64,000 nucleotides of DNA from Octopus sinensis (lineage: Eukaryota). The notes beneath the pieces are model-generated. The model did no database searches. It was given only the letters and a program-made list of their open reading frames with translations, and was not told where the DNA came from. Positions 26,377 to 37,596 of this stretch are shown here, in pieces. Position numbers and translations under genes: made by a program. The stretch is from positions 8,432,001-8,496,000 of the forward strand of contig NC_043018.1 in NCBI RefSeq assembly GCF_006345805.1, given 5' to 3'. The first letter of the stretch is position 1. Every line of letters begins with the position of its first letter.

Positions 26377-26743
26377 TCTATTTTTATATAAACAGCAGTT
26401 TGTCTCTGTGTGTTTCTGTGTGTCTGTTTGCTTGTACCCTCACCCTGACCACGGCTTTCAAAACGATTCTGATGAAACTTGACACAACATAGCCCAATGT
26501 CATAATTCAAAACTAACGCAGCGAAAATTTTGAAAGTTCCCCCAGTTCTGAAAAAAATCGATAAATTCGACATGGGGTCGAGAATCAGAAAACACAAACC
26601 ACAGACGTCTAGGGGACGCAACTCGACCTTTTAACAAAAAAAAAATTTACCATTTTTTTCCCCATTTTTTGGCTATAACTCTCTAAAAATGCTTTATAGT
26701 TATTTCCCTTACAAACCCGAGCAACACCGGGCGATACTGCTAG
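26377..26743 (+). mobile_element. Non-autonomous Helitron-like element
   Basis: A|TC start, hairpin cccgagcaacaccggg, CTAG|T end. Confidence 0.85.
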
Positions 26744-28063
26744 TTTGTTTATAAGACGACTGCTTGAGACTCCGAAAATTTTTGACTAACGCCAGTATAA
26801 TAGTACAATACAGTATGGTGTGTGTGACTTTTACCTGAGAATGTACCTTAAGATTGTAAAAACATGAAACAAAGCCAGGTAGACCTATAGGCCGACTTGT
26901 GACCAAATCGAATTACAACCAGTGAGTTGGAACCAATTGTGGTCGTAAGGCATGTGTATTATTACAACTAGGTACAGGCATAGCTGTGTGGTTAAGAAGC
27001 TTGTGGGGTCACTGTGCAGCACCTTGCACACCCAAAGCCTTATAAGTGGGTATATATGACATATAGCTGGCGTTCTACACCAGAGCTACCTGCTCTGGCT
27101 GAAGGAATTGGAATTTAAGTTTGGGATTTATCTGAGCACTACATGGTGACTGTATATACCAGTGGTTCCCAAAGTGGGCGATATTGTCTCCCATGGAGGG
27201 GGTGGAAAGTTCCGAGAGAGTGTTGAAGAAAAGTGGGGTGATAATGGTAAGCTACTTACCACACAGCCACTCCTGATATATAAAAAGAGTGTTTATATAT
27301 ATATATATGCACTCTTTTACTGGTTTATGGATTTTAGGCATTGAATGCAGTTGGGCTGGGAATTATCTCTAAAGGTTTACTAACCCAAATCTATAATACT
27401 ATGTATTTCAATCTGGTGTTTATTTGATCAATTTATATTTATTGATCTGCTAAGTTACAGGATATAAAGAAATGTAACACACACGCACACAAAATGCAGA
27501 TGTGTGTGTGTGTATAGAAACAACAGGCTTCCACACATTATCCACCTACCAATTTCCACTCACAGCCTGAGACTAGAGAAGACATTTGCCCAAGACTATT
27601 CAGAGGAATATATTGAGATATTGTACTTTACATCATGTATCTAGTATTCTTTTACCTCATTTATAAACTGCACATGTGTGTGTGTGTCTGTCTGTCTGTA
27701 TGTGTGTGTGTGATATTTCATAGTTTATAAAGTGCACTTTTTTCCAAAAAATATCTCAGAAGATTGTCTTTTAACCCTTTCATAAGTTTGTCTTATTATC
27801 CATGCTTCTTTCCAGACATTTTAGTTAACCCTTATTTCAAACATTCTCTGTGATATAAAGCTTTCCTGTATGAAGGCGGCGATCTGGCAGTGTGTGTGTG
27901 ATATTTCATAGTTTATAAAGTGCACTTTTTTCCAAAAAAATATCTCAGAAGATTGTCTTTATCACCCTTTCCATAAGTTTGTCTTATTTATCCATGCTTC
28001 TTTCCAGACATTTTAGTTAACCCTTATTTCAAACATTCTCTGTGATATAAAGCTTTCCTGTAT

Positions 28064-28297
28064 GAAGGCGGCGATCTGGCAGAAACATTAGCACAACAGC
28101 TGAAATGCTTAGCAGTATTTCGTCTGCCGTTACGTTCTGAGTTCAAATTCCGCCGAGGTCGACTTTGCTTTCATCCTTTCGGGGTCAATAAATAAAGTAC
28201 CAGTTACTCACTGGGGTCGATGTAATCAACTTAATCCCTTTGTCTGTCCTTGTTTGTCCCCTCTGTGTTTAGCCCATTGTGGGCAGTAAAGAAATAT
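28064..28297 (+). mobile_element. SINE family B copy
   Basis: Full head and body ending gtaaagaaata; atataaagctttcct is repeated on both sides. Confidence 0.85.
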
Positions 28298-28965
28298 ATA
28301 AAGCTTTCCTTTCATAAGTCCCAAGTTACTCCACTGGTTGAAAGGCAAAAATTGGGAATATGTATCAGAAATGATGCATGGAGTGTATGCCTGATAAATA
28401 TGTCCTATGTATGACATGTGATACCAGCAGGACAGGTAAAGAGTTAACCCTTTACTGTTCAGATTATTCCATCAAATGTGGAGCACTTCATCGGTTATGA
28501 TGATGAGGGTCCCAGCTGAGATGATCAATGGAACAGCTTGCTCGTGAAATCACCGTGCAAGTGGCTGAGCACTCCACAGACATGTGTACCCTTAACGTAG
28601 TTCTCTGGCAGATTCAGTGTGACACAGTGTGTGACAAGGCTTGCCCTTTGAAATACAGGTACTACTCATTTTTGCCAGCTGAGTGGATTGGAGCAATGTG
28701 AAATAAAGTGTCTTGTTCAAGGACACAACGCATCTCTGGGAATTGAACTCACACCTTTACAATCGTGAGCCGAATGCCCCTAACCACTAAGCCACACGCC
28801 TCATTAATTCACGTTGTTTTGAATTAACCAAGCATTATCTTGTTGCTTTGAGATTTTCATGATGTCATTGTTTATTTTTAGAATGACATTGCAGGATAAG
28901 TGTGAGAGGCTGGATCTGGCCAATTAGAGCATAAAACATGTAGAATAATTTGGTCAGATATCTCT

Positions 28966-29162
28966 TTTACTCTTTTACTTGTTTCAGTCATTTGACTGCG
29001 GCCATGCTGGAGCACCACCTTTAGTCGAGCAAATTGGCCCCAGGACTTAATCTTTGTAAGCACAGTACTTATTCTATCAAAGCTACGGGGATGCAAACAC
29101 ACCAGCATTGGTTGTCAAGCGATGTTGGGGGGACAAACACAGACACACAAACATATACGCAC

Positions 29163-29216
<54 letters not shown>

Positions 29217-29702
29217 CGGGAAGCTTTATGAAAATAAACAAAAGACGAAGGCAGGTGGAAAACAAACGAACAATTGTATTAGTATGGCGCTCAGGAAATA
29301 TAAATAAAACAAGTCTTAACGTTTCGAGCCTACGCTCTTCAACAGAAAGATACACAGAGAGAGAAAAACACAGAAAGAAGGAGAGAAAAAAATGCGTGCA
29401 GTAGCTAACGAATCAACATGGCGATCTGATTTTGGCCAGAGGTCAAAGATCAAACATGAGACGCGAGAGCGAAATAAGGGGAGATAATAGGGTTGATAAA
29501 AGGGTTGAGGGACCAGCTAATAGTGCGTAGGAGGGGTACGACGGGCTTCTTTCAGTTTCCGTCTACCAAATCCACTCAGAAGGCTTTGGTCGGCCTGAGG
29601 CTATAGTAGAAGACACTTGCCCAAGGTGCCATGCAGTGGGACTGAATCCGGAACCATGTGGTTTGTAGGCAAGCTACTTACCACACAGCCACTCCTACGC
29701 CC
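28966..29702 (-). mobile_element. SINE family A whose internal (TA)n tract hosts a Penelope-like short insertion (about 29215-29540)
   Basis: Body 28966-29160, TA tract, foreign segment homologous to 34521-34668, then head 29541-29702. Confidence 0.8.
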
Positions 29703-30084
29703 ATATGACCAGTTTAAATGTTAAAGGGTTAAAAACAAGGTTGGTGTCTGGGTCACTAGCAAGCGTGTATGTTTTGTGTGGGAGGGTGATACTTTACGGT
29801 GATCCCTAAAATGAACTGTGAACATAAACCTTTGAATGTAGCAATGTATATCAGTAGGTGAGGTGAAGCAAACATGGGAGATGTGCTTTGCCCATGGAGA
29901 AGCTGCAGAAGCTACACAGAAGTTCTGCAAACTTTTCTAAATCCATCATGTTGTCAGAAATATTTTTGTATCATCAGCAGGTATCTCAGAGTCACAAGTG
30001 TTTCTTTCACCCTTTAGCCTGTACACTTCACCTGACTGGGGCGGCGAGGATGGAACTAGTCTTCACCAATGGAGGGATTCCATT

Positions 30085-30410
30085 TGCAATCTCTTATCAA
30101 TCATAACCACCATGAGTTAGTTCCAGTTGCCTGTCTCCTTGATGGGTTTCTTCAGTTGTCTGGGCTCCAGGCCTGTCTTCTCTAGGAAATAGCACACTGA
30201 TCTAGCTGGAAATCCATGGCAACCGATTTCAATGGAAAATGAAGCAACATGTTATCCCTTGACAAGAGCCTCATCAACTAAGTTTTAATATTTGTTTTCT
30301 TTACTTGGTGGGAAATATCAAATCTGCCCTCCCAGAGTTCTGGGAGTTTGACCATGATGATTATTTTTGTGCTCCTGCAGAGCAGGAACATGTCTGGCAA
30401 GAGTTATGTT
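30085..30410 (-). mobile_element. HERO-like RLE non-LTR retrotransposon 3' fragment
   Basis: Minus translation KY*NLVDEALVKG*HVASFSIEIGCHGFPARSVCYFLEKTGL..LKKPIKE matches the KYxxLVxE..GW..PIEVGCRGF endonuclease motif. Confidence 0.65.
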
Positions 30411-30473
30411 ATTAGTATCTCCTTTTTTATTTCATATAAAATAGCCATTTTATATGAGGGTGTTTTATATGGG

Positions 30474-30725
30474 GTGGAGGCACATGGCTTAGTGGTTAGG
30501 GTGTCAGCATCATGATTGTAAGATTGTGGTTTCGATTCCAGGACTGGGCAACGTGTTGTGTTCTTGAGCAAAACACTTCATTTCACATTGCTCCAGTCCA
30601 CTCAGCTGGCAAAAATGAGTAACGCTGCGATGGACTGGCGTCCCGTCCAGCTGGAGAACACATACGCCATTGAAACCGGGAAACCGGGCCCGTGAGCCTG
30701 GCTAGGCTTTAAAAGGGCGCATTTA
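30474..30725 (+). mobile_element. SINE family C copy
   Basis: tRNA head; gtgttcttgagcaaaacacttcatttcac; ctgcgatggactggcgtcccgtccag. Confidence 0.85.
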
Positions 30726-31369
30726 TTTTTATTATTATTATTATTTTATATGGGGTGCTAGATTCCCTTGTTTGAAAATATAAGGACACAGATCGTGTTG
30801 TATAGCCAGCTGGAGACGACGTCTCCTGGGGCTAAATTACAGCAACATTCGTCCTAAACCAGGACTGCCATGTTATGTTGGCAAAAATCTTTACTCCAAA
30901 ATGCTCATTGTTTGAAACCAAAGTTCATAAAGGTAGGATACTTTCATAAAACATTTAACAGTGAAATGGCTGTCTGACCTTCTTCGTAAAACAGTTTTCT
31001 TAACTTGAATTGGAAAACACACAAGTTATGAAAAGCAATTCACGATTATAAATTTTAGGTTACTGTTAACCCAGCATAATAGAATAACAAAGAAGCAAGT
31101 CGTGTCTACACAATGGCTTTATAAGTTACAAGAAAAAACATTTGGTGGACTTTAACCTGGATGTTTCAGTTTATGAATCTATCAACAATAATGGAGAATA
31201 GTAGCAACAGTAAAGGCTTCCAGGAATAGAATTGAGTGAAAAACTTTGTGTTTATTTCTAATCAAGTCTTCCATACAATAATGGCAGACATTAATCACTT
31301 CGAAAGTCATAAGGAAAGGAAAACTAAAGACAAACTAAATTAAATTACGAATATTTTGCCATAAATATA

Positions 31370-31968
31370 TATTTCTTTACTACCCACAAGGGGCTAAACA
31401 CAGAGGGGACAAACAAGGACAGACATAGGTATTAAGTCGATTACATCGACCCCAGTGCATAACTGGTACTTATTTAATCGACCCAGAAAGGATGAAAGGC
31501 AAAGTCGGCCTTGGCAGAATTTGAACTCAGAACGTAGCGGCAGACGAAATACCTATTTCTTTACTACCCACAAGGGGCTAAACACAGAGGGGACAAACAA
31601 GGACAGACATAGGTATTAAGTCGATTATATCGACCCCAGTGCGTAACTGGTACTTATTTAATCGACCCAGAAAGGATGAAAGGCAAAGTCGGCCTCGGCG
31701 GAATTTCAACTCAGAACGTAGCAGCAGACGAAATACCTATTTCTTTACTACCCACAAGGGGCTAAACACAGAGAGGACAAACAAGGACAGACATAGGTAT
31801 TAAGTCGATTATATCGACCCCAGTGCGTAACTGGTACTTATTTAATCGACCCAGAAAGGATGAAAGGCAAAGTCGGCCTCGGCGGAATTTGAACTCAGAA
31901 CGTAACGGCAGACGAAATACCGCTAAGCATTTCGCCCGGCGTGCTAACGGTTCTGCCAGCTCACCGCC
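31370..31968 (-). mobile_element. SINE family B trimer (one head plus three 184-bp units) with 16-bp TSD
   Basis: Units start at 31370, 31554 and 31738; TSD ttttgccataaatata at 31354-31369 and 31969-31984. Confidence 0.92.
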
Positions 31969-32754
31969 TTTTGCCATAAATATAGCAATGGGCAATTAGC
32001 AAGCTATATTATCTCTATATATATAAACGGCAAAATGTCTGTCTGCGTGTGTGTCCGTTATACAAATCCACAATTTTTCAGTTAGAAGGCTCGCACTTTC
32101 TATGATCATTCAAAACCGTTCAAGGGTGGTTGTGCACATCTTTACATTTCCCCAGTCACCCCGCAAAGCCATTAAAAAATCAATAGAAGTGAGTTTTTTG
32201 TGAATTTTCTATCCATGCACTAGCACTATGACCCGGTTGACAAATAACTCACTTTTTATATGATGTTTAGTCAAAACTTAAGTAACTTTAACTGTATATA
32301 ATATTCCATCAAGATTCTTCTTCATTTTTTTACCCATACAAAGAAGGAATGCATTTACATTCTTAAAATTTCACCTCACAGCTAAAGATTTCTAAATATT
32401 TAAATGTATTTCAGTCATGCACACTATGTTAAGCATAAGGTATATATTGCCTAATTTATGATAAGCTTTCAAAAGCACTAATATGCAAATTAAGTTATCC
32501 ACTATGGTAATAGCTTAATTTCTGACTGCTTTATATAGTTGCTGGACATTCTATAATATCAGACAGGGTGAGGAAATCGAATATTTCTCCACAGCAAAGT
32601 GGTCAATAAATTGTGAAATGGTCCTTCAGGAGTCCTACCCAATTTTTTTTTTTTTTTTTGCACACCATGAGTAAAGATAGAATATGTTTACATTCTTATA
32701 ATTTCATCTCACAGCTAAAGCATTCTAATATTTAAAATTCATATATATATATAT

Positions 32755-32980
32755 ATATAAAATTAGAAAAAAAACCCACCTTTTATCAATTCAAAATGAA
32801 CAAGTAAATTACACCATCCAGAAAATTACATATATTAATATAAAATTACATATAATAATCATTGACATTTTATTGTTATTTTAAATTTAATATTTCTATT
32901 ATATGTAATTTTCTAGATGGTGTAATTTACTTGTTCATTTTGAATTGATAAAAGGTGCTTTTTTCTAATTTTTTATATAT
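32755..32980. mobile_element. AT-rich fold-back MITE with about 80-bp TIRs in (TA)n
   Basis: ataaaattagaaaaaa..ccttttatcaattcaaaatgaacaagtaaattacaccatc.agaaaattacatata and its reverse complement at about 32900-32975. Confidence 0.85.
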
Positions 32981-33238
32981 ATATTATATTTTGTGAAATT
33001 TGATTTAGTATTTCTAAATTGAACTTATTTTCCTTGTAAGTTTGGATTTTATTCCCTCAAATAATAATTATATATATATATATATATATAAGGGATATTA
33101 GCCAACCGAATATGGCTAGGGACAGGGCAGGGTGGTGGGGGTGTCACTGTTGCATTTAGCCCCAGGCGAACATCAACGTCACCAGATAGGCCTGACGCCA
33201 TCACGGCATCCTCTATCCTGCAAAGGGAGATCACTCAC

Positions 33239-33317
33239 CAAGAAGCCGATACCACACACGGACCTAGGTTTCAAGGTGTATTGCCTATTACCAACGTGTG
33301 GTAGGCATCGCTTCTCG
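33239..33317 (-). ncRNA. Mirror hammerhead-like copy with core UUGGUAA (A6G, probably inactive)
   Basis: Reverse complement of 33807-33885 apart from two A-to-G changes in ribozyme sense. Confidence 0.55.
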
Positions 33318-33806
33318 ATGAACGACCAACTTTGCAAGATATATATAAGGATTTTCAAGTAAATACATTTACTGATTTCGAAAATCTGTTCGAGAGCAAT
33401 AATAATTCTCTAAATGAGATATAGACAGTGACTGCTCCGTAATATAAGGGATATTAGCCAACCGAATATGGCTAGGGACAGGGCAGGGTGGTGGGGGTGT
33501 CACTGTTGCATTTAGCCCCAGGCGAACATCAACGTCACCAGATAGGCCTGACGCCATCACGGCGTCCTCTATCCTGCAAAGGGAGATCACTCACCAGTTC
33601 GCCTGGGGCTAAATGCAACAGTGACACCCCCACCACCCTGCCCTGTCCCTAGCCATATTCGGTTGGCTAATATCCCTTATATTACGGAGCAGTCACTGTC
33701 TATATCTCATTTAGAGAATTATTATTGCTGTCGAACAGATTTTCGAAATCAGTAAATGTATTTACTTGAAAATCCTTATATATATCTTGCAAAGTTGGTC
33801 GTTCAT

Positions 33807-33885
33807 CAAGAAGCGATGCCTACCACACGTTGATAATAGGCAATACACCTTGAAACCTAGGTCCGTGTGTGGTATCGGCTTCTTG
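33807..33885 (+). ncRNA. Candidate type I hammerhead ribozyme (U3-A8 core variant)
   Basis: Order: stem I 5' (..cacacg) - UUGAUAA - U-AGG-caauaca-CCU-U - GAAA-C-CUAG-GUC - stem I 3' (cgugug..); stem I extends to about 20 bp with bulges. Confidence 0.65.
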
Positions 33886-34083
33886 GTGAGTGATCTCCCT
33901 TTGCAGGATAGAGGACGCCGTGATGGCGTCAGGCCTATCTGGTGACGTTGATGTTCGCCTGGGGCTAACTGCAACAGTGACATCCCCACCACCCTGCCCT
34001 GTCCCTAGCCATATTCGGTTGGCTAATATCCCTTATATTACGGAGCAGTCACTGTCTATATCTCATTTAGAGAATTATTATTG

Positions 34084-34115
<32 letters not shown>

Positions 34116-34194
34116 CATAAATGTCTATATACATACACACACATATATAAGTAAAGGCACATGGCCTAGTGGTTAGAGTGTTTCACTCCCAATC

Positions 34195-34489
34195 ACTACA
34201 GTGTCCCTCCCAGTGCTTGCACCCTGATCCACAAAACACCTTCAACCAGCCTCCACCACCTCCAAAGCCAGCCTGGTGGCCTTCTGCCTACTGGCTCCTG
34301 TGATGCCAATCATGTTGTAAGTTCTGCAGAGGGACTGGCCTGCAAAGCCTCAGCTTGCCACTTAAATGGGATCCCACCTTGCTTAGCAGCCACTGCTTTG
34401 ACATCTCTCCACCAGCTCAGCATATTTCCACCTCTTACACCCAATGCAGTCTTCCCAGGGAGGATGACTTGATGCTTCCAAGATCAGCA

Positions 34490-34490
<1 letters not shown>
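34195..34490 (-). mobile_element. HERO-like RLE non-LTR retrotransposon 3' fragment
   Basis: Minus translation PWEDCIGCKRWKYAELVERCQSSGC*ARWDPI*V..GFAGQSLCRTYNMIGITGAS, i.e. the VPWE..KYAELVE..GFAGQSL motif. Confidence 0.75.
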
Positions 34491-34520
<30 letters not shown>

Positions 34521-34523
<3 letters not shown>

Positions 34524-34663
34524 TTGTTTTTTCTGTGTCCCTTTCTGTAGAAGAGCGTAGGCTCGAAACGTAAATGACTTTTTCTATTCCTGAGCGTTAT
34601 ACTAATACACCTGTTTGTTTTGTACACCACCTGTCTTCGTCTTTTGTTTTTTTCGTAAACTCT

Positions 34664-34668
<5 letters not shown>
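34521..34668 (+). mobile_element. Short (TA)n-flanked element with a minimal hammerhead-like motif
   Basis: ctttCTGTAGAAgagcgtaggctcGAAACGTA; homologous (reverse) to 29215-29400. Confidence 0.65.
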
Positions 34669-34712
<44 letters not shown>

Positions 34713-36444
34713 TATATACACATATCGTTTGTAGAAATACTTAAACCCAGAGGAGAAACACACTCTAAGATATAGAGCAGTTAATATTACAGTGGAGTAA
34801 GACAGTTTATCGGGTTGCTCCATAAACCAGCCTACCCCACTATTATATTTATGTATTGTCTATCTGGATGTTTTGTTGTCCCTTTTTTGTATACCCTAGT
34901 TGTCCGGATGTTTTGCATTCTTGTCCCATTTTGTATTTTATAAATATATATATATATATATATATATAAATTAAAATGGCAGGCAGATGTGACAGAGATG
35001 TAAATATAAGTTTATAAGTTTTAAGACTGAAAACAAGGAAACACAGAGGAGGCAATTGCAGAGAATGAAAGCTGTAGAGAATGAACAACATTTTTTAAAA
35101 TTAAAATATATTAAAATTGGAATTTCAAGATTTCTTTATCGTTTTAGATCAGTTCAAATGGATGTTTAGAGTTTTGGCTACACACACGCACACACATGCA
35201 TACACACTGTTTGGTAATTGATCTGAACAACAATAATTCAAGGCTCAAGAGCAATTTAGTATTGCTGATGACAAGGGGACCACTCTAGTGCTGGAGCCAT
35301 GAAAAATACACCCAGTACATTCTGTAAAGCGGTTATTGTTAGGAATAACACTACCCCTAAGAAATCATGCCAAAAATGAGATATTAGAAGACAGCGTGTT
35401 CCTCCAACAATCTTGTTGAAGGGTTCTACCCATGTCACACTGGGGGAAATGCTTAACGGCATTTGTCCCGTCTTTACGTTCTGAGTTCAAATTCCGCCAA
35501 GGTCGACTTTGCCTTTCATTCTTTCAGGGTCATACCAGTGAAACACTGGTGTCAATGTAATCGATTAGTCCCCTTCCCCAAAAATTTCAGGTCTTGTGCC
35601 TATATTGGAAAGAATTATTAGGGCAGGAGAGACACAAACTGAAACCCCAACTATATATTCTTTCGGTGTTTGTACATCTACCACATCCGCTCGGGAGTGG
35701 ACTGTGCATTCTATCTTTGCATCATGGTTGACTTAACCACCAACAGTATACAGGTTTGGGCTGTGGGGTTAAGAAGCTTGCTTCCCAACTATGAGGTCAA
35801 CGGTTCAGTCCCATTGTGTAGCGTCTTGGGTGTCTTCTATTATAGCTTTGCACTGACCAAAGCCTTGTGAGTTGGTTTGTTTGCATTCCCGTAAATTAGC
35901 GACTCAGCAGAAAGGGATCGATGGAATAAGTACCAGGCTTTAAAAATAAGTATTGGGGTCAATTTGTTGAATTAAAAACCTTCAAAGCCTTGCGAGTTGG
36001 TTTGTTTGCATCCCCGTAAATTAGCAACTCAGCAGAAAGGGATCGATGGAATAAGTACCAGGCTTTAAAAATAGTAAGTACTGGGGTCGATTTGTTGAAT
36101 TAAAAACCTTCAAAACTGTGCCCCAGCATGGCCACAATCCAATGACAAACCAGTAAAAGGAGAAAAATACGGTAAAAGATATAAGCGAAACCCTGTGGCA
36201 TAAATATGTGGTCCCCGTACAAGAGTTAGAAACCATGACAGGCAGCAACACCATTACCATCTTCATCATTATCATCGTAACCCAATGCAGCATTATGTTA
36301 TGTTCTTCAGCAAAACATCTCTTTTTTTTCTTCTGGGCTTCATGCCAATTCCTCACACAAAACCAATACTGCTTATTTCAGTTTTTGGCCACCCTTTGAA
36401 ACGGCTTCACTAATAACAAGCACCACTTTGCAAATACTGGTTAA

Positions 36445-37596
36445 TGCTTACTTTTACACCCGGCCATCAAAACAAACAAAATAAGGAAACAAGTGTAATA
36501 GGTGTGAAAAAAAAAATATTCGGATCTTTTCGGTTTGAACGGCAGTTTTTTCTAGCGGGGTCATATGAAATTGTCACCCATAATTATGACCCTAGTGTCG
36601 ATCTATTGCATTTCAATCTATTTTAAGGTTAGGGTTAGTTAGGGTTAGGGTTAAGGGTGGGGGGAAGGGTATCTTTTTTTTTCTTCACAAATGTAAATAA
36701 ACCCAATCTGTTTCTTAAACGAGGGACATATTCATACGGCACAGAATGTTTTTTTTACCTCAATAGACGTCAGTGATTGGTTGAAATTGCAGAAATTGAA
36801 GAAAAAACAACAACAAATATCTTACCAACTATAGAATTTTCTCAATAACGCCAACAAAAAAAGATGTTTTATAAACACATTCTACCAGTATACGAAGTTT
36901 AAAATTTTTTAGTTACCTAGAAATTATGTTAAAAACTGCCGTTCAAACCGAGAAGATCAAAAAAATGTGTATTAAACGAATATGAAAACAAAAATTTGCG
37001 CCAACGAACCGGGGGGGGGGAGGACTTTCGGAAAATTCACAAGAACCGGAATTTTTCTCTCATAACTTTTAGGAAAAAGGATAACTTTTAATGAAATTTC
37101 ATACAAATACCATTTAAATGGCATAGATTACGATTACAAAGAAATTTGTGGGGAAAATATTTTTTCCGAGGGGTGGAGAGAAGACTTTGGAAGAGAAAGA
37201 AATTCATAATGTATTTTTTTTTTGCTTGAGTGTAATGGAAAGAAGTTTGAAATTCCTTTATTTTTCGTTGATCAAAAGGTTTTTTATAAAAGATCCCAAC
37301 GGTGGAGATGTGTTAAAAAAAAAGCCCCAGCTAAATCGCCCTTAACTTTTTTCCTTGGTGAAAACATATTCACAACCATATTTATGAATTTGTTTCTCTC
37401 ACCATGATACATTTTCCTAAAAGTTACGAAGGAAAAAATCGGATCTTGTGAATTTTCCGAAAGTCCTCTCCCCACCCACCCCGGCTCATTGGCGCATTTT
37501 TTTTTGTTTCGTTTTTCGTTTAATACAAATTTTAAATACCTATTACACTTGTTTTTTTTTTCCTTTTCTTTTGGTGGCCGGGTGTTAAAGTAAACG
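36445..37596. mobile_element. Long-TIR fold-back DNA element flanked by TTAA, with a nested family M MITE (36522-36958)
   Basis: Left end ttaa|tgcttacttttacacccggccatc, right end ggtggccgggtgttaaagtaaacg|ttaa; inner arms aggactttcggaaaattcacaaga / tcttgtgaattttccgaaagtcct. Confidence 0.8.

Larger units (their letters stand above)
33087..34085. mobile_element. Fold-back element built from a 356-bp tandem unit (Penelope-like/retrozyme-like)
   Basis: Direct period 356 (33091/33447; 33597/33953); inverted arms 33087-33527 and 33597-34037 with 6 mismatches counted; 69-bp spacer; (TA)n on both sides. Confidence 0.85.

Noticed and set aside
33307-33317. U2 snRNA 5' end (atcgcttctcg)
   Set aside because: Only an 11-nt match; the following sequence does not resemble U2.
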